Virus record (IMG/VR): IMGVR_UViG_3300016464_000352
Location: 1 to 54,692 of that record
Length of the DNA stretch: 54,692 nucleotides
Source of the DNA: a virus
Taxonomy: Duplodnaviria > Caudoviricetes
Strand: one strand, 5' to 3'
Position numbers and translations under genes: made by a program. The first letter of the stretch is position 1, and each line of letters opens with the position of its first letter. Below, one piece after another: positions 20,596-30,835 of the stretch. Under the pieces are notes generated by a model. The model was not told the DNA's origin, searched no databases, and saw nothing but the letters and a program-made list of their open reading frames with translations.

Positions 20596-21156
20596 TTATT
20601 CTCCATATAATAACATCATAACATCGTAAGCAACATCATGAACAGGATCGTGTTTCATAACTAAATCTTTATTAAAATTTGGCACGTTACAATATCCGCG
20701 TTTAGAAGTATTTTTCAATAAATCAATTGCTGTACGAAAATCTCTGTACTGACCATATTCAAACAGACGAGGCGAGCTAACATCATCAGTCAAAGAATCA
20801 ATTGCAAATTGATCTAAACTTCCTCTGGTCCACACAATCTCGTCTTTACCGCCTTTATCCTTTATATAGTCTCGCGCGATCTTTAATCCATCAACTACTT
20901 TTATATCTTTATTTGACGGAATCAATGAAACTTCTTTTACTATATCACATTGCTTTTTCCACCAATCAATTGTTGGTTTGTCTGTCAACCTTTTATATAA
21001 AGTCATTTGTTCTTTTATATTAAATTTAACGAAGCATGTATTATCAAGTAATTCTTGATATGTATAAATTTCTTTCTCATCAAAATACAATACAGCTAAT
21101 GATAATATAACAGAACGTTGTTTATCTCCCAACGTTTCAATATCTAACGCGAACAT
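20596..21156 (-). CDS. dexA: DEDDh 3'-5' exonuclease, T4 DexA-like
   Basis: LDIETLG, TIDWWKKQ, VWTRGSLD, RDFRT, HDPVHDVAYD. Confidence 0.8.
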   Translation of the reverse strand: MFALDIETLGDKQRSVILSLAVLYFDEKEIYTYQELLDNTCFVKFNIKEQMTLYKRLTDKPTIDWWKKQCDIVKEVSLIPSNKDIKVVDGLKIARDYIKDKGGKDEIVWTRGSLDQFAIDSLTDDVSSPRLFEYGQYRDFRTAIDLLKNTSKRGYCNVPNFNKDLVMKHDPVHDVAYDVMMLLYGE

Positions 21157-21164
21157 GTTTACCT

Positions 21165-23267
21165 CTACGATATGAATTCAATAAATTTTTTCAAGAAAAT
21201 TCTATTATTAACTTTATTGTTTATTGATTTTGTGAATTTCTTCGCTATGGAAGAAACGGTTTCTTTTTCTCCAAATTCTTCAAATTCCTCTTCAGTATCT
21301 ATTGTATTAGATTTAATATAATAAAATTCGTCATAAGAATTATCTGAATCAGCAAGACAATTATGTTTTTTGAATAATTTGAGTTTTGTTGTATCGAATT
21401 TCGCAGAATCTTTCAAATGATATTTCAATTGAGAAGCAGTGATCAATCTAAATCCAAACATTTTAAAATCGCAATGTTGTTTGACAAAATCTAAACAGAA
21501 ATCGGTTTCTATTTTAGTCAATTTTCTAAAAGAATATGTTAATTTTTCTCCTGGGTACATAGATTTTGTTATTCTGCTTTTAGGATCTCGTAAATATACT
21601 TTTGATAGAGAATTAGTTAAACAATCATATGTTACAAATCCTCGTTCTTCATAATAAAATTTAACTTGATGAGATTCTCCATCAGTCAGGTATATAGCGT
21701 TAGAAATTTGAACTTTAGTTCTTTCTTTAAAATCTTCCATAATTTTTTTAGATAAAAGTATAGCATGATTTAATGGAGTATTACCCAACCTAAACCAGTT
21801 TGGAACTCCAGAATCAATAGACTTCATCAAAGAAGTTTTTTCTCCAGAAACTTTAAGTAAAATACTACAAGCAGTATTAAATTCATTAATACTCATTCTG
21901 GATGAAAATATATTCATTAATTTAACAGGATTTATCATAGCAATTTTATGATTACTAGGGTCGTGTATATTTTTAATATTTTTTTCATAATGTTCTGTTG
22001 TAAATGAATAAACTTCAAACGGTATATTAAGTTTTTTACAGAAAAGTAACATGGTAATAAGTTGTTTGATAGTATCTTCCATATAATCATACATAGAAGC
22101 TGACCAATCCAAAAAGAATACTAATCCATGAGATTTACTATTTTTTACGCTCGCTGACCTTTTAAATATATCATCGTAAATTTTATAACCAAATAACTTG
22201 GAAACATTAATATCTCCAGTTTTTGATACTTTAATCTTTTTTCTACTATCCGCGTTCTTTTTCAACATAAACTCTTTTACGAGATAAGAAACTACAGGAT
22301 TAGTATCAACCTTGAAACGATTAAATAAAGTAGGTTCAATTTTTATTGTCATTCCAGAAATTAAATCTGAATATAATCTTTTATGATCAATTATATAATC
22401 TTTTATATTGTAATCAGGGATATCAACATAATAAGATTGTTTATATGAATCTGAGAATAACATTTTAACAGATATTTCAGCAGCTTCTTGAGTAGAAGCT
22501 TCTATCTTTTCTTCTATATCATCTTCGCCAGGTAATGCGTTTGTATCTATTTCTACATTAACAGAACCTTTTACAATTTCATCAGAGTTTAAGGTTTCTT
22601 TGTTCGAATTTGATTTATCTGACGTTTCATCAAATTCTAAATCTTCAGAAACTCCTGATTTTAAATCAGAATCTTCATCGTATTCTTGATCGTTCAAACC
22701 AGGTTTTTTGGCAAATTCCTCTTTCATATAATCCTGTATCAATTTTGATACTTCGATTACATCATCGAAATTTTGGACGTTTTCTACCATGTCAACATAT
22801 TCTTGTTCTTTTTCGGTAAAATTTATTCCCAATATAAATCCAACTTTAAAATACAAATTGATTCTATCAATAAGATTTAATTCATTAACCTCTTTTTCTT
22901 CTATACCAAAAAAATTCATATCATTTAATTCTCGATATGCTCTGGAATAAATTGATCTAAGTCCGGGATATTTGTATTTGATTTTCTTTTCAATACGAGC
23001 ATCTTCGACTACGTTGAGAATACTATGCTTAACTTTGGTATCAATTACAGCAGTTTTCCAGGAATCGGAAGGAGTGAACAAAGCATGACCAACCTCATGA
23101 CTGATCATCATATCGGTAATATCTAAGGAAAGCTCATCTTTAAAAGTAGGAAGAACCAACAGTCTACTTTCGCCATCAAAGAAAGCAGTCGAGACTTTGC
23201 GTTGTTCTACAATCAGATTTTCCTCGGAAAGAAGTCTAGCAAGATTGGATTTATTTTCTGTAATCAT
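21165..23267 (-). CDS. HEXXH peptidase-like + vWA (CobT-like) protein
   Basis: HEVGHA, LNVVEDARIE, acidic linker, MIDAS DWSASM, NTPL, LTDGE. Confidence 0.85.
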   Translation of the reverse strand: MITENKSNLARLLSEENLIVEQRKVSTAFFDGESRLLVLPTFKDELSLDITDMMISHEVGHALFTPSDSWKTAVIDTKVKHSILNVVEDARIEKKIKYKYPGLRSIYSRAYRELNDMNFFGIEEKEVNELNLIDRINLYFKVGFILGINFTEKEQEYVDMVENVQNFDDVIEVSKLIQDYMKEEFAKKPGLNDQEYDEDSDLKSGVSEDLEFDETSDKSNSNKETLNSDEIVKGSVNVEIDTNALPGEDDIEEKIEASTQEAAEISVKMLFSDSYKQSYYVDIPDYNIKDYIIDHKRLYSDLISGMTIKIEPTLFNRFKVDTNPVVSYLVKEFMLKKNADSRKKIKVSKTGDINVSKLFGYKIYDDIFKRSASVKNSKSHGLVFFLDWSASMYDYMEDTIKQLITMLLFCKKLNIPFEVYSFTTEHYEKNIKNIHDPSNHKIAMINPVKLMNIFSSRMSINEFNTACSILLKVSGEKTSLMKSIDSGVPNWFRLGNTPLNHAILLSKKIMEDFKERTKVQISNAIYLTDGESHQVKFYYEERGFVTYDCLTNSLSKVYLRDPKSRITKSMYPGEKLTYSFRKLTKIETDFCLDFVKQHCDFKMFGFRLITASQLKYHLKDSAKFDTTKLKLFKKHNCLADSDNSYDEFYYIKSNTIDTEEEFEEFGEKETVSSIAKKFTKSINNKVNNRIFLKKFIEFIS

Positions 23268-23420
23268 CTTTCATCCTTTATGGTTTTTTGACATACGGAA
23301 CTATTATAAAACGAAAATTGAAAAAAGTAAAGTGCTTGACTTTTTTTGAAAAAACGTTATGATAAGTATGTACCCCTTTGATAAATGTTTTAATATAAAT
23401 AATTTATTTCGGAGGTAAAA

Positions 23421-23909
23421 ATGACTTTATTTAAGAATTTATATCCAATTGATGAGGGTAAAAATCCATCAAGGATTAAACTTCCAGATGCAGAAAGAAT
23501 ATTAAAAAAAGCTGGATATTTTTTAGCAAGATCCGGCAATCATAACATTTGGAAACATTCCGATCCATCTAAACCGCATTTTTCTTTGCCTTCTCATCAA
23601 AGCAGAGAAATATCTCCTGGTATAACTAGAGATTTATTTGCTTTGAGCGAGTCTTTAGGGTTGGATGAAGCTTGTTGGAAAGGCTATAAGGCTGTTGGCG
23701 TTAAAAAGAAAAATGGTAAGAATGTTCCTAATTGTGTTCCTGAGGAAGTAGAAATTGATGAAACTACTAAACAAAAACTTCATGCGTTCACTATTCCAGA
23801 CAATACTGAAAAAGGAGAAATAAATTTTAATGCTATAAAACTTCGCAATAGATTCGTAAAAAGAACCCTTAATAGATTAAATACAATTAAAAAACCTCGT
23901 AATGTCTAA
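23421..23909 (+). CDS. HicA-like domain protein with ACWKGY...PNCVP module, putative capsid-internal
   Basis: LKKAGY...RSGNHNIWKH...SLPSH...ISPGITRDL; TATAAATA late promoter near 23394. Confidence 0.65.
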   Translation: MTLFKNLYPIDEGKNPSRIKLPDAERILKKAGYFLARSGNHNIWKHSDPSKPHFSLPSHQSREISPGITRDLFALSESLGLDEACWKGYKAVGVKKKNGKNVPNCVPEEVEIDETTKQKLHAFTIPDNTEKGEINFNAIKLRNRFVKRTLNRLNTIKKPRNV

Positions 23910-24237
23910 TTATAATCTGATAAAAGTAGATGTGTCCACTCAGGAAAATATTGATAATTTTATAAAATTTATAAAATCGACCTTTCCGTTTTATGAAGAA
24001 TTTAACAGCAAACTCCCTCTTTATATAAAGACTCATTATCATCCAGATTTTGAGTCCAGACTATTTTTGGAGGGAGAGGCTGAGTTTGATATTGATGGAG
24101 AGACTGTTAAATGTTATCCAGGGTCTTATCTGGAGATTTTCCCTGATGTTCCCCACTCGTTCTCTTTTGATGGCGACAATCTTAAAGTGTTAAGATTTTC
24201 CTCAGAATACGAAAGATGGGAAGCTGTTTTCGAATAG
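23902..24237 (+). CDS. Cupin, acireductone-dioxygenase-like
   Basis: HYHPDFESRLFLEG...PDVPHSF...VLRF...W. Confidence 0.7.
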   Translation: MSNYNLIKVDVSTQENIDNFIKFIKSTFPFYEEFNSKLPLYIKTHYHPDFESRLFLEGEAEFDIDGETVKCYPGSYLEIFPDVPHSFSFDGDNLKVLRFSSEYERWEAVFE

Positions 24238-24300
24238 AGCTTTACTTTTGGTTCTATCTAGGCTAAACTATACGCTCACTCAATTCATGGAACTTTTATT

Positions 24301-25254
24301 ATGTCTAATTTTGAAAATATTCCTCCTTCCGTAATGCAAAACATTATTCCTATGAAACCTGTAAAAATTGAAACCTATGATCATCTTATCCCAGAAAAAG
24401 ATTTTAATTTTGAAAAATTTGGATTTTATAACGACCTTAAAAAGATCATTAAGTCTAGGAATTTTTACCCTATCTTTATTGCTGGTCCTTCTGGGGGCGG
24501 CAAAACTTTTCTCGTTAACCAGGTATGCGCTGAACTGAAAAGGGAATGCGTTCGAGTTAACTTCTCGATTGAAACTGATCAGACTGATTTGATTGGTGGT
24601 CCTACTCTGGTAAATGGTAATATAACTTATGCCGAGGGACCAGTTATTCAATGTCTGCGTAATGGTTGGATTCTTTTGTTGGATGAAATTGATCGTTCCA
24701 ACCCTAATAATATTCTTATTCTTAATGGTATTCTGGAAGGTCAAGGTTTTTATAATCCAAAGACCGGAGAATATATTAAAGCTGCTGAAGGGTTTAATAT
24801 AATTATGACTGCCAACTCGAAAGGTTATGGTGACGAAACGGGTAAATATCTATCTCAGATTCTTGATTCAGCTTTCCTAGAAAGGTTGCCTGTTACTTTT
24901 GAACAAGAGTTTCCTAATGAAAATACGGAAAAGAAGATTCTTGCTCATCATTTGAATGATTTTGATTTTATCGAGAAACTAGTTAAGTGGGCCAGGGTTA
25001 TTCGCAAAACTTATGAGAATGGCGGTATTGATGAAGTAATATCAACTCGAAGGTTGGTTCATATTGCTCAGGCATATAGTATGTTCAATAATGATAAAAT
25101 GAAAGCTATATCTCTTTGCGTTGCTAGGTTTGAATCTCATACCAGAGATTCGTTTATTGATCTCTATACAAAGATTGATGCTGGAGTAGATCCTGAAGCT
25201 GAAGTTGATGAAGAAATCTTAGAAACTCCTGTAATTGAAGATCCACCTTTTTAA
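24301..25254 (+). CDS. MoxR/CobS-like AAA+ ATPase
   Basis: GPSGGGKT, LLLDEID, TANSKG, AFLER, ISTRRLVHI. Confidence 0.9.
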   Translation: MSNFENIPPSVMQNIIPMKPVKIETYDHLIPEKDFNFEKFGFYNDLKKIIKSRNFYPIFIAGPSGGGKTFLVNQVCAELKRECVRVNFSIETDQTDLIGGPTLVNGNITYAEGPVIQCLRNGWILLLDEIDRSNPNNILILNGILEGQGFYNPKTGEYIKAAEGFNIIMTANSKGYGDETGKYLSQILDSAFLERLPVTFEQEFPNENTEKKILAHHLNDFDFIEKLVKWARVIRKTYENGGIDEVISTRRLVHIAQAYSMFNNDKMKAISLCVARFESHTRDSFIDLYTKIDAGVDPEAEVDEEILETPVIEDPPF

Positions 25255-25286
25255 ATAATACTAAATAGTTTTATTTAGACTTATGT

Positions 25287-25577
25287 ATGAATTTAGATAA
25301 TTATCAAGGCGTATCAACTTGGTGGATTGGTGTAATAGAGGATCGCATAGATCCTCTAGGACTAGGGCGATGTAGAGTTAGAATATTTGGCCATCATTCT
25401 CAGGAAACTTCGGTTTTGCCAACAACAGATTTGCCTTGGGCTTATCCTGTGTATCCATTAAACAATTCTAATACTTTTTCTGCTCCTAAACTTGGAGAAT
25501 GGGTTTTGGGTTTTTTCTTAGATGGAAAAGCCGCTCAAACTCCAATAATGATGGGCGTTATCCCAGGACTGAGGTAA
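25287..25577 (+). CDS. gp5-like baseplate hub N-terminal OB domain (stand-alone)
   Basis: WWIGVIEDRIDPLGLGRCRVRIFG...LPWA...GEWVLGFFLDG...PIMMG. Confidence 0.85.
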   Translation: MNLDNYQGVSTWWIGVIEDRIDPLGLGRCRVRIFGHHSQETSVLPTTDLPWAYPVYPLNNSNTFSAPKLGEWVLGFFLDGKAAQTPIMMGVIPGLR

Positions 25578-25580
25578 TAT

Positions 25581-26459
25581 ATGGCATATGAAATAGTTTC
25601 TATTGTATATAAAACTGATAGATATGAAATTAAAAAAGTTCAAGACGTTTATGGCGAAACTAAACCAATTTATGAAGTTCATGATCTAGAAACAGGAACA
25701 GTCACATATTACCAAACTCAAGAAGAAGCCATAAATTATATAAATTCTTTATCTAGTGCTGATGTTAAGATTTATACAGCACCTAAAACAACAACTGGCG
25801 GAGTAGTAAAAGAAACTAATCCTCCTAAATTAAAGAAGGGAACGGAAAAGACTGTAGCAGCAACAGGTTCAAATAGACCTTCGATTCCTCCTATTGCTGT
25901 TGGAGAATGCGGCCCAGAAACTACTATCGGTAAAACTAATCGAGAATTAACTGCAACGTGCGATTGGACAATTAAACTCAATTTAGATGTTTGCGGAAAA
26001 GAATTAGAAATAATGGCTGAACATTGGGTGACGAGGATAACTGCTAAAATTGAAGAATGGTTGCCCTCTTCTCAATTTCCTATACTAGATGAAATACGAA
26101 ACGCCATAAAAACAATTCAAGAATGGGTGGAAATAATTAAAAAATATATTGAAGATTTAAAGGAAATTATTCAATGTATAACTTCTGTAGTTGCTGCTGT
26201 AACTGAATTGGTAGTTTTTATTGCGACTCTTCCTGTAGATTTACTAGCTCAATCTTTTGGTTGTTTGAATCAATTTAAGAATTTATTAGCAGAAGCTGCA
26301 GGAATTCAGACCGAAGGACTCGAAAAGACTTTTGATGAAGCTAATAAATTGGTTGATGATACCACGGCAATAGCCAGCGATTTAATGGCACAAAAAGAAA
26401 ATATATTAAATCCAGTTCCGACTCCAAGTCCAACTCCATTAAAAATTCAAATGCCATAG
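25581..26459 (+). CDS. Hypothetical baseplate-associated protein, helical C-term
   Basis: Lies between gp5 N and C parts. Confidence 0.65.
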   Translation: MAYEIVSIVYKTDRYEIKKVQDVYGETKPIYEVHDLETGTVTYYQTQEEAINYINSLSSADVKIYTAPKTTTGGVVKETNPPKLKKGTEKTVAATGSNRPSIPPIAVGECGPETTIGKTNRELTATCDWTIKLNLDVCGKELEIMAEHWVTRITAKIEEWLPSSQFPILDEIRNAIKTIQEWVEIIKKYIEDLKEIIQCITSVVAAVTELVVFIATLPVDLLAQSFGCLNQFKNLLAEAAGIQTEGLEKTFDEANKLVDDTTAIASDLMAQKENILNPVPTPSPTPLKIQMP

Positions 26460-26468
26460 AGGATTATT

Positions 26469-27380
26469 ATGCTTAAATCTGATTCTAAATCCTGGATACA
26501 ACCTCAATCTGCTGCAAACGAAAAGGAAAAACCTTTATATCCTCATGTCACGGCTACAGTAACCGAATCAGGCCATTCCTTTGAAATGGATGATACTCCC
26601 GGTAGAGAAAGGGTAAGGTGTTATCATAGATCGGGTACATTTTTTGAAATGCAACCTAATGGAGATATGATTGTTAATGCCAAAGGCACTATTTATGAAA
26701 TATGTGCTAACGGAAAGAACGTAGCAATTACAGGACATTGTACTATAAATGTAAATGGCGATTGTTCTATGGATGTGACCGGAAATTATAATTTAAATGT
26801 TGGCGGAGATTATGTACAAAAAGTCGCAGGTCATATTAAACATTTAAGTTCGGATCCTTCTAAATCGGATTCTAAAATCACCGATGGAGATTTAGTATTT
26901 AATACTTCCGGTAAAGTTATCTTTAATGCAAAAAAAGTTGTAGTGAATACAGATTTAAGCGTTACAGGAGATATTGGTAGCAATCAAAGTATATCGGCTT
27001 TGGGTAATGTAACAGCAAAATTGAGCGTTATTGGTTTACTTAGTATAAGATCTCCAGGTTCTTTGTTAATTGGTCCAGCAGCAGCTGTTCTTCCTGCAGC
27101 AGCAGCCCTCCCTGGAGTGGGTCAAATTGATGTTGGATTAAATATTGCTTTAGGTATTACTCCTGGATTTTTTAATTTAACTGGAGTATCTAATGTAACT
27201 GGGACAACTAATGTTTTGGGCGTAAGTAACGTAGAAGGTATTCATAACGTTTTAGGGGCAGTAATATGCGAAGGGTTTATGGAAGCAACTGCTGATGTTT
27301 TAGCTGGTACAACAACATTAAGGACGCATATTCATGGAAATGGTAATATGGGAAGTCCTACAACCCCTCCTTTGGTTTAA
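26469..27380 (+). CDS. gp5-like spike C-terminal beta-helix protein with HxH apex
   Basis: YPH...TESGHSFEMDDTPGRERV...HRSGTF; VxG repeats; HIHG...PTTPP. Confidence 0.85.
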   Translation: MLKSDSKSWIQPQSAANEKEKPLYPHVTATVTESGHSFEMDDTPGRERVRCYHRSGTFFEMQPNGDMIVNAKGTIYEICANGKNVAITGHCTINVNGDCSMDVTGNYNLNVGGDYVQKVAGHIKHLSSDPSKSDSKITDGDLVFNTSGKVIFNAKKVVVNTDLSVTGDIGSNQSISALGNVTAKLSVIGLLSIRSPGSLLIGPAAAVLPAAAALPGVGQIDVGLNIALGITPGFFNLTGVSNVTGTTNVLGVSNVEGIHNVLGAVICEGFMEATADVLAGTTTLRTHIHGNGNMGSPTTPPLV

Positions 27381-27388
27381 GGTAAATT

Positions 27389-28201
27389 ATGTCAATATAC
27401 AATAAATTAGGTTTCGATTCTTCTTTTGATATAACTAAATTCGGAGATGCTTTAGATTTAAGCGACGGTACTAAACAGCTTTTTAATATGCAAAAAAGTA
27501 CCATGAAGCAATGGCAGATAGATGATATTGATAACGATACAGATATTACTTATTATAAAAATCCATTGATAAATGAATTAATTTCTTGTAATAATTCTAT
27601 AAAAAGTATCAGAACAAAAACTGATACTGGAACATATACATATTTGGCTTCCGGAGCTTCCGCTGCAGCTACAACTTTGAATAGTACGTGCGATGATGCT
27701 GTTTTGGCAATATCTAATTTTATTCTCCATACAAATAGATTATCCGGACTTGAAGATTCTTCTAACACTTCTGCCTTTCCTGATTTGGAAAGCGCAATGA
27801 ATATTGGTAAAAAGATGTTAACTCTTACCAATAAAACGGATAATGTTCAGAATAATGCACCCATATTAGGCAATTTCACTAGTCTTTATATAGGTAGCGA
27901 TTTATCTACTTATGCCAATACAATATCTAATAACTATATTACGTTAAATTCTTCAATATATCCTGGGAATAATAATACTAATATAACAGAATCTGATGTT
28001 AATCTGATAAACTCCGAAGTTTATTCTTTGTATACTATGTTAAATACCAGAAGAACTTCTGATGTAAATTTCTATAAAAATTGTATTAAAATTTCTAAAA
28101 AAATGTCATCTGTATCTAAATTTTCCAATATGGGAGGATCTCATACCAAATTGGTAGAATTGATAGGAACTGATGATCTAAAAACTAGAATAAATTCTTA
28201 A
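27389..28201 (+). CDS. Putative virion structural protein
   Basis: S/T/N-rich ORF downstream of spike gene. Confidence 0.6.
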   Translation: MSIYNKLGFDSSFDITKFGDALDLSDGTKQLFNMQKSTMKQWQIDDIDNDTDITYYKNPLINELISCNNSIKSIRTKTDTGTYTYLASGASAAATTLNSTCDDAVLAISNFILHTNRLSGLEDSSNTSAFPDLESAMNIGKKMLTLTNKTDNVQNNAPILGNFTSLYIGSDLSTYANTISNNYITLNSSIYPGNNNTNITESDVNLINSEVYSLYTMLNTRRTSDVNFYKNCIKISKKMSSVSKFSNMGGSHTKLVELIGTDDLKTRINS

Positions 28202-28266
28202 AAATAATATAAGCGAGGCTAGTGTAAACTTCCTCGCTTTACTTTACTCAAAATTTCAGGTAAAAT

Positions 28267-28914
28267 ATGTTTATGGAAACACTAAACAAAAAAACTACTG
28301 AAATTTTGATGAACATTCTAAAGAGATTTTCTGCGGAAACTATTTTACTGTTCTGTTTGGCTTCTGTTCTAATTTCTTATATACTATCATCTGAGTTTCA
28401 ATCAAAACTTATCAAAAAACCTAAATGGACTGTGACTGCGACTTTAGAAAAAGATCCTAGTCCACCGAATCAAATAATTCCTCAGAAAAAGAAATATGCG
28501 GAATTAATGCCTACTAATAAAGTAATAAAATTAAATAATAAAGAATTCGTTTGTCTAGCGAAGAATATTTACTTTGAGTCTAAATATGAAAGTTATATTG
28601 GTAAAGTTGCTGTTGCAAATGTAACATATAATAGACTTAAATCTAAACGATGGGGAAATACTTTTTGTTCTGTTGTATATTCCGATGAACAATTTTCATG
28701 GACTATATACAAAAGATTCCGTAATGAAAAACCAAAAGGAGATATGTGGAAACAATCGAAATGGGTGGCTCGCGCTTTTTCTAATGGATTAAGAGTTAAA
28801 TCTTTAGAAAAAGCGAATCATTATCATGGGAATTATATCCCCACGCCAAAATGGGCAAAAGGTATGAAAAAAGAAGTTGAAATTGGGCGTCATATATTTT
28901 ATACTGGACGTTGA
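28267..28914 (+). CDS. SleB-like cell wall hydrolase with N-terminal TM segment
   Basis: CLAKNIYFE...AVANVTYNR...CSVVY...QFSW...HYH...P-x-WA...IGRHIFY. Confidence 0.9.
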   Translation: MFMETLNKKTTEILMNILKRFSAETILLFCLASVLISYILSSEFQSKLIKKPKWTVTATLEKDPSPPNQIIPQKKKYAELMPTNKVIKLNNKEFVCLAKNIYFESKYESYIGKVAVANVTYNRLKSKRWGNTFCSVVYSDEQFSWTIYKRFRNEKPKGDMWKQSKWVARAFSNGLRVKSLEKANHYHGNYIPTPKWAKGMKKEVEIGRHIFYTGR

Positions 28915-28946
28915 TTAAAAATTTATAAACTATTAAAGAGGAAATT

Positions 28947-29198
28947 ATGTATAGACCATTAGGGAAAAATGTTATTGTATCAGTTATTGATGGTGGAAAG
29001 GAAACTGAATCTGGTATTATTCTGCAAACTTCTATCGAACCTGATCGTGGACTTGTAAAAGCAATTGGTAATGAAGTTACTCAGGTATCTGTTGGAGATC
29101 AAGTATTCATGGATTGGAATAAGACTATTAAACTTGAAGATGAGGAACTTTGGTTAATTTCCGAAGATAATATCGTATGGGTGTATGAAGACGTTTAA
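28947..29198 (+). CDS. groES: GroES-like co-chaperonin
   Basis: RPLGKNVIV...TESGIIL...GLVKAIG...VSVGDQV...ISEDNI. Confidence 0.85.
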   Translation: MYRPLGKNVIVSVIDGGKETESGIILQTSIEPDRGLVKAIGNEVTQVSVGDQVFMDWNKTIKLEDEELWLISEDNIVWVYEDV

Positions 29199-29410
29199 TT
29201 TTTGGAGTATATTATGAAATATTGGTCTATATCGTTTAATGTTTTTATAATAAGCGTAATTGGCTATATGGTACTACAATTAATCCCGGATTTAATGTCA
29301 TCTGATGATAGTGTAAATTTTGTAATTGGATTGATTTTGGTGTTGATTAGTGTTATAGTTATTGTTTCGCATTTGATTGAAATTTATAATGAAATTAAGG
29401 AGAAGTTTTA

Positions 29411-30298
29411 ATGTCTATGAAATCGTTTGCTACCATTGGCGTTTTGTTTGTTCTTTTTATCTTTGGTATGCGAAGTTGTACTACAGTTCCTAACGGTTAT
29501 GTCGGAGTTGTAGTTCATATGTTAGGTGGTTCAAAAGGCGTTGACGTTGAAGAACGTGGTATGGGTAGATACTTCCTTGGTATTAACGATGAAATGTATT
29601 TGTTCCCTACATTTACCCAAACGGATAATTGGGAAGGCGAAAAAGAATCTATTACATTCCAGACTAGAGAAGGTTTGAATGTAAATGCTGATATTGGTAT
29701 CAGTTATCATATTGACCCTACTAAGGTTTCTGTAGTATTTCAAAAGTACAGAAAAGGTATTGATGAAATTTCTCAAATCTACCTTCGTAATATGGTAAGG
29801 GATGCTCTAGTAAAAGCATCATCTACTCAAGATGTTGAAACTGTATATGGACAAGGTAAGACTGAACTATTAGCTAAAGTAGAAGAAAATGTTAAGAAAG
29901 AAGTAGAACCTATCGGTATTATTATTGAACATATCTATTGGGTTGGTACTTTACACCTTCCTAAAACAGTAGTAGAAAATATCGACCGTAAAATAAATGC
30001 AACTCAGATGGCGATGACTCGTGAAAACGAAATTCAGCAAACTAAAGCTGAAGCACAAAAAGCGATTGAAGAAGCTAATGGCGTGGCGCAATCTAAACTC
30101 GCTGTAGCAAGGGCAGAGGCAGAATCTATAAGGATTAATGGTGAGGCTGAAGCAAGTGCTATTGAAGCTAAATCTAAGGCTCTAAACGCTTCTCCGCAGT
30201 TGGTACAATATGAAATCGCTAAGAATTGGAATGGAGTATTACCTACAACTACTATGGGTTCTGGTTCTATTCCTATGATTACTTTACCTCAAAAATAA
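29411..30298 (+). CDS. SPFH/Band 7 (prohibitin-like) membrane protein
   Basis: VPNGYVGV, FQTREGL, AEA-rich coiled coil, WNGVLP. Confidence 0.9.
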   Translation: MSMKSFATIGVLFVLFIFGMRSCTTVPNGYVGVVVHMLGGSKGVDVEERGMGRYFLGINDEMYLFPTFTQTDNWEGEKESITFQTREGLNVNADIGISYHIDPTKVSVVFQKYRKGIDEISQIYLRNMVRDALVKASSTQDVETVYGQGKTELLAKVEENVKKEVEPIGIIIEHIYWVGTLHLPKTVVENIDRKINATQMAMTRENEIQQTKAEAQKAIEEANGVAQSKLAVARAEAESIRINGEAEASAIEAKSKALNASPQLVQYEIAKNWNGVLPTTTMGSGSIPMITLPQK

Positions 30299-30307
30299 GG
30301 AGGATAT

Positions 30308-30835
30308 ATGACTAAACCTTGTAGATTAGTAGCCAAACGCGGATTAAATGCTCAAAAAGAAGGAAGATACTTTTCTGTACAACTAGTTGGGTATAGTGGA
30401 CAAAATCCTCCGCCTGAACCACCTGACCCGCATTTAGTTAAAAACGATGACCCTGCATATATTATTGAATGGACGGATTCAACTGATAATAGGCCATCAA
30501 ATTACGATGGATTTGAATGGTGGGGTGATGTAAATGGAACTGTTGGGGGCGATGGAGAAACTCCATTTATGTTTTGTTTCGCAGTATTTAACCCCTGGAT
30601 TAGTTGGCCTGAAGCTAGAGTTAATACTAAATGCCTTATTCAACAATGTTTTGAAGAAGATGAATCTCCAGACGGAGAAAGGTATGATTGGAGCGATTTT
30701 GGTACTCCAACGTTTGGAGTAGGTGATTCTTGGTCATTTAGCGTTAAAGGGTATGACGGCAAGGAATATAATAATAGAATAGAAAGGTTAAACGATACTG
30801 ATAACAAAGAGTTCGTTATTTGGATTGATGATTGA
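30308..30835 (+). CDS. Hypothetical protein
   Basis: AGGAGG RBS, 175 aa ORF. Confidence 0.65.
   Translation: MTKPCRLVAKRGLNAQKEGRYFSVQLVGYSGQNPPPEPPDPHLVKNDDPAYIIEWTDSTDNRPSNYDGFEWWGDVNGTVGGDGETPFMFCFAVFNPWISWPEARVNTKCLIQQCFEEDESPDGERYDWSDFGTPTFGVGDSWSFSVKGYDGKEYNNRIERLNDTDNKEFVIWIDD

Noticed and set aside
24301-25254. Cobalamin-synthesis auxiliary gene cobS
   Set aside because: Only generic MoxR motifs; no cobN or other cob genes
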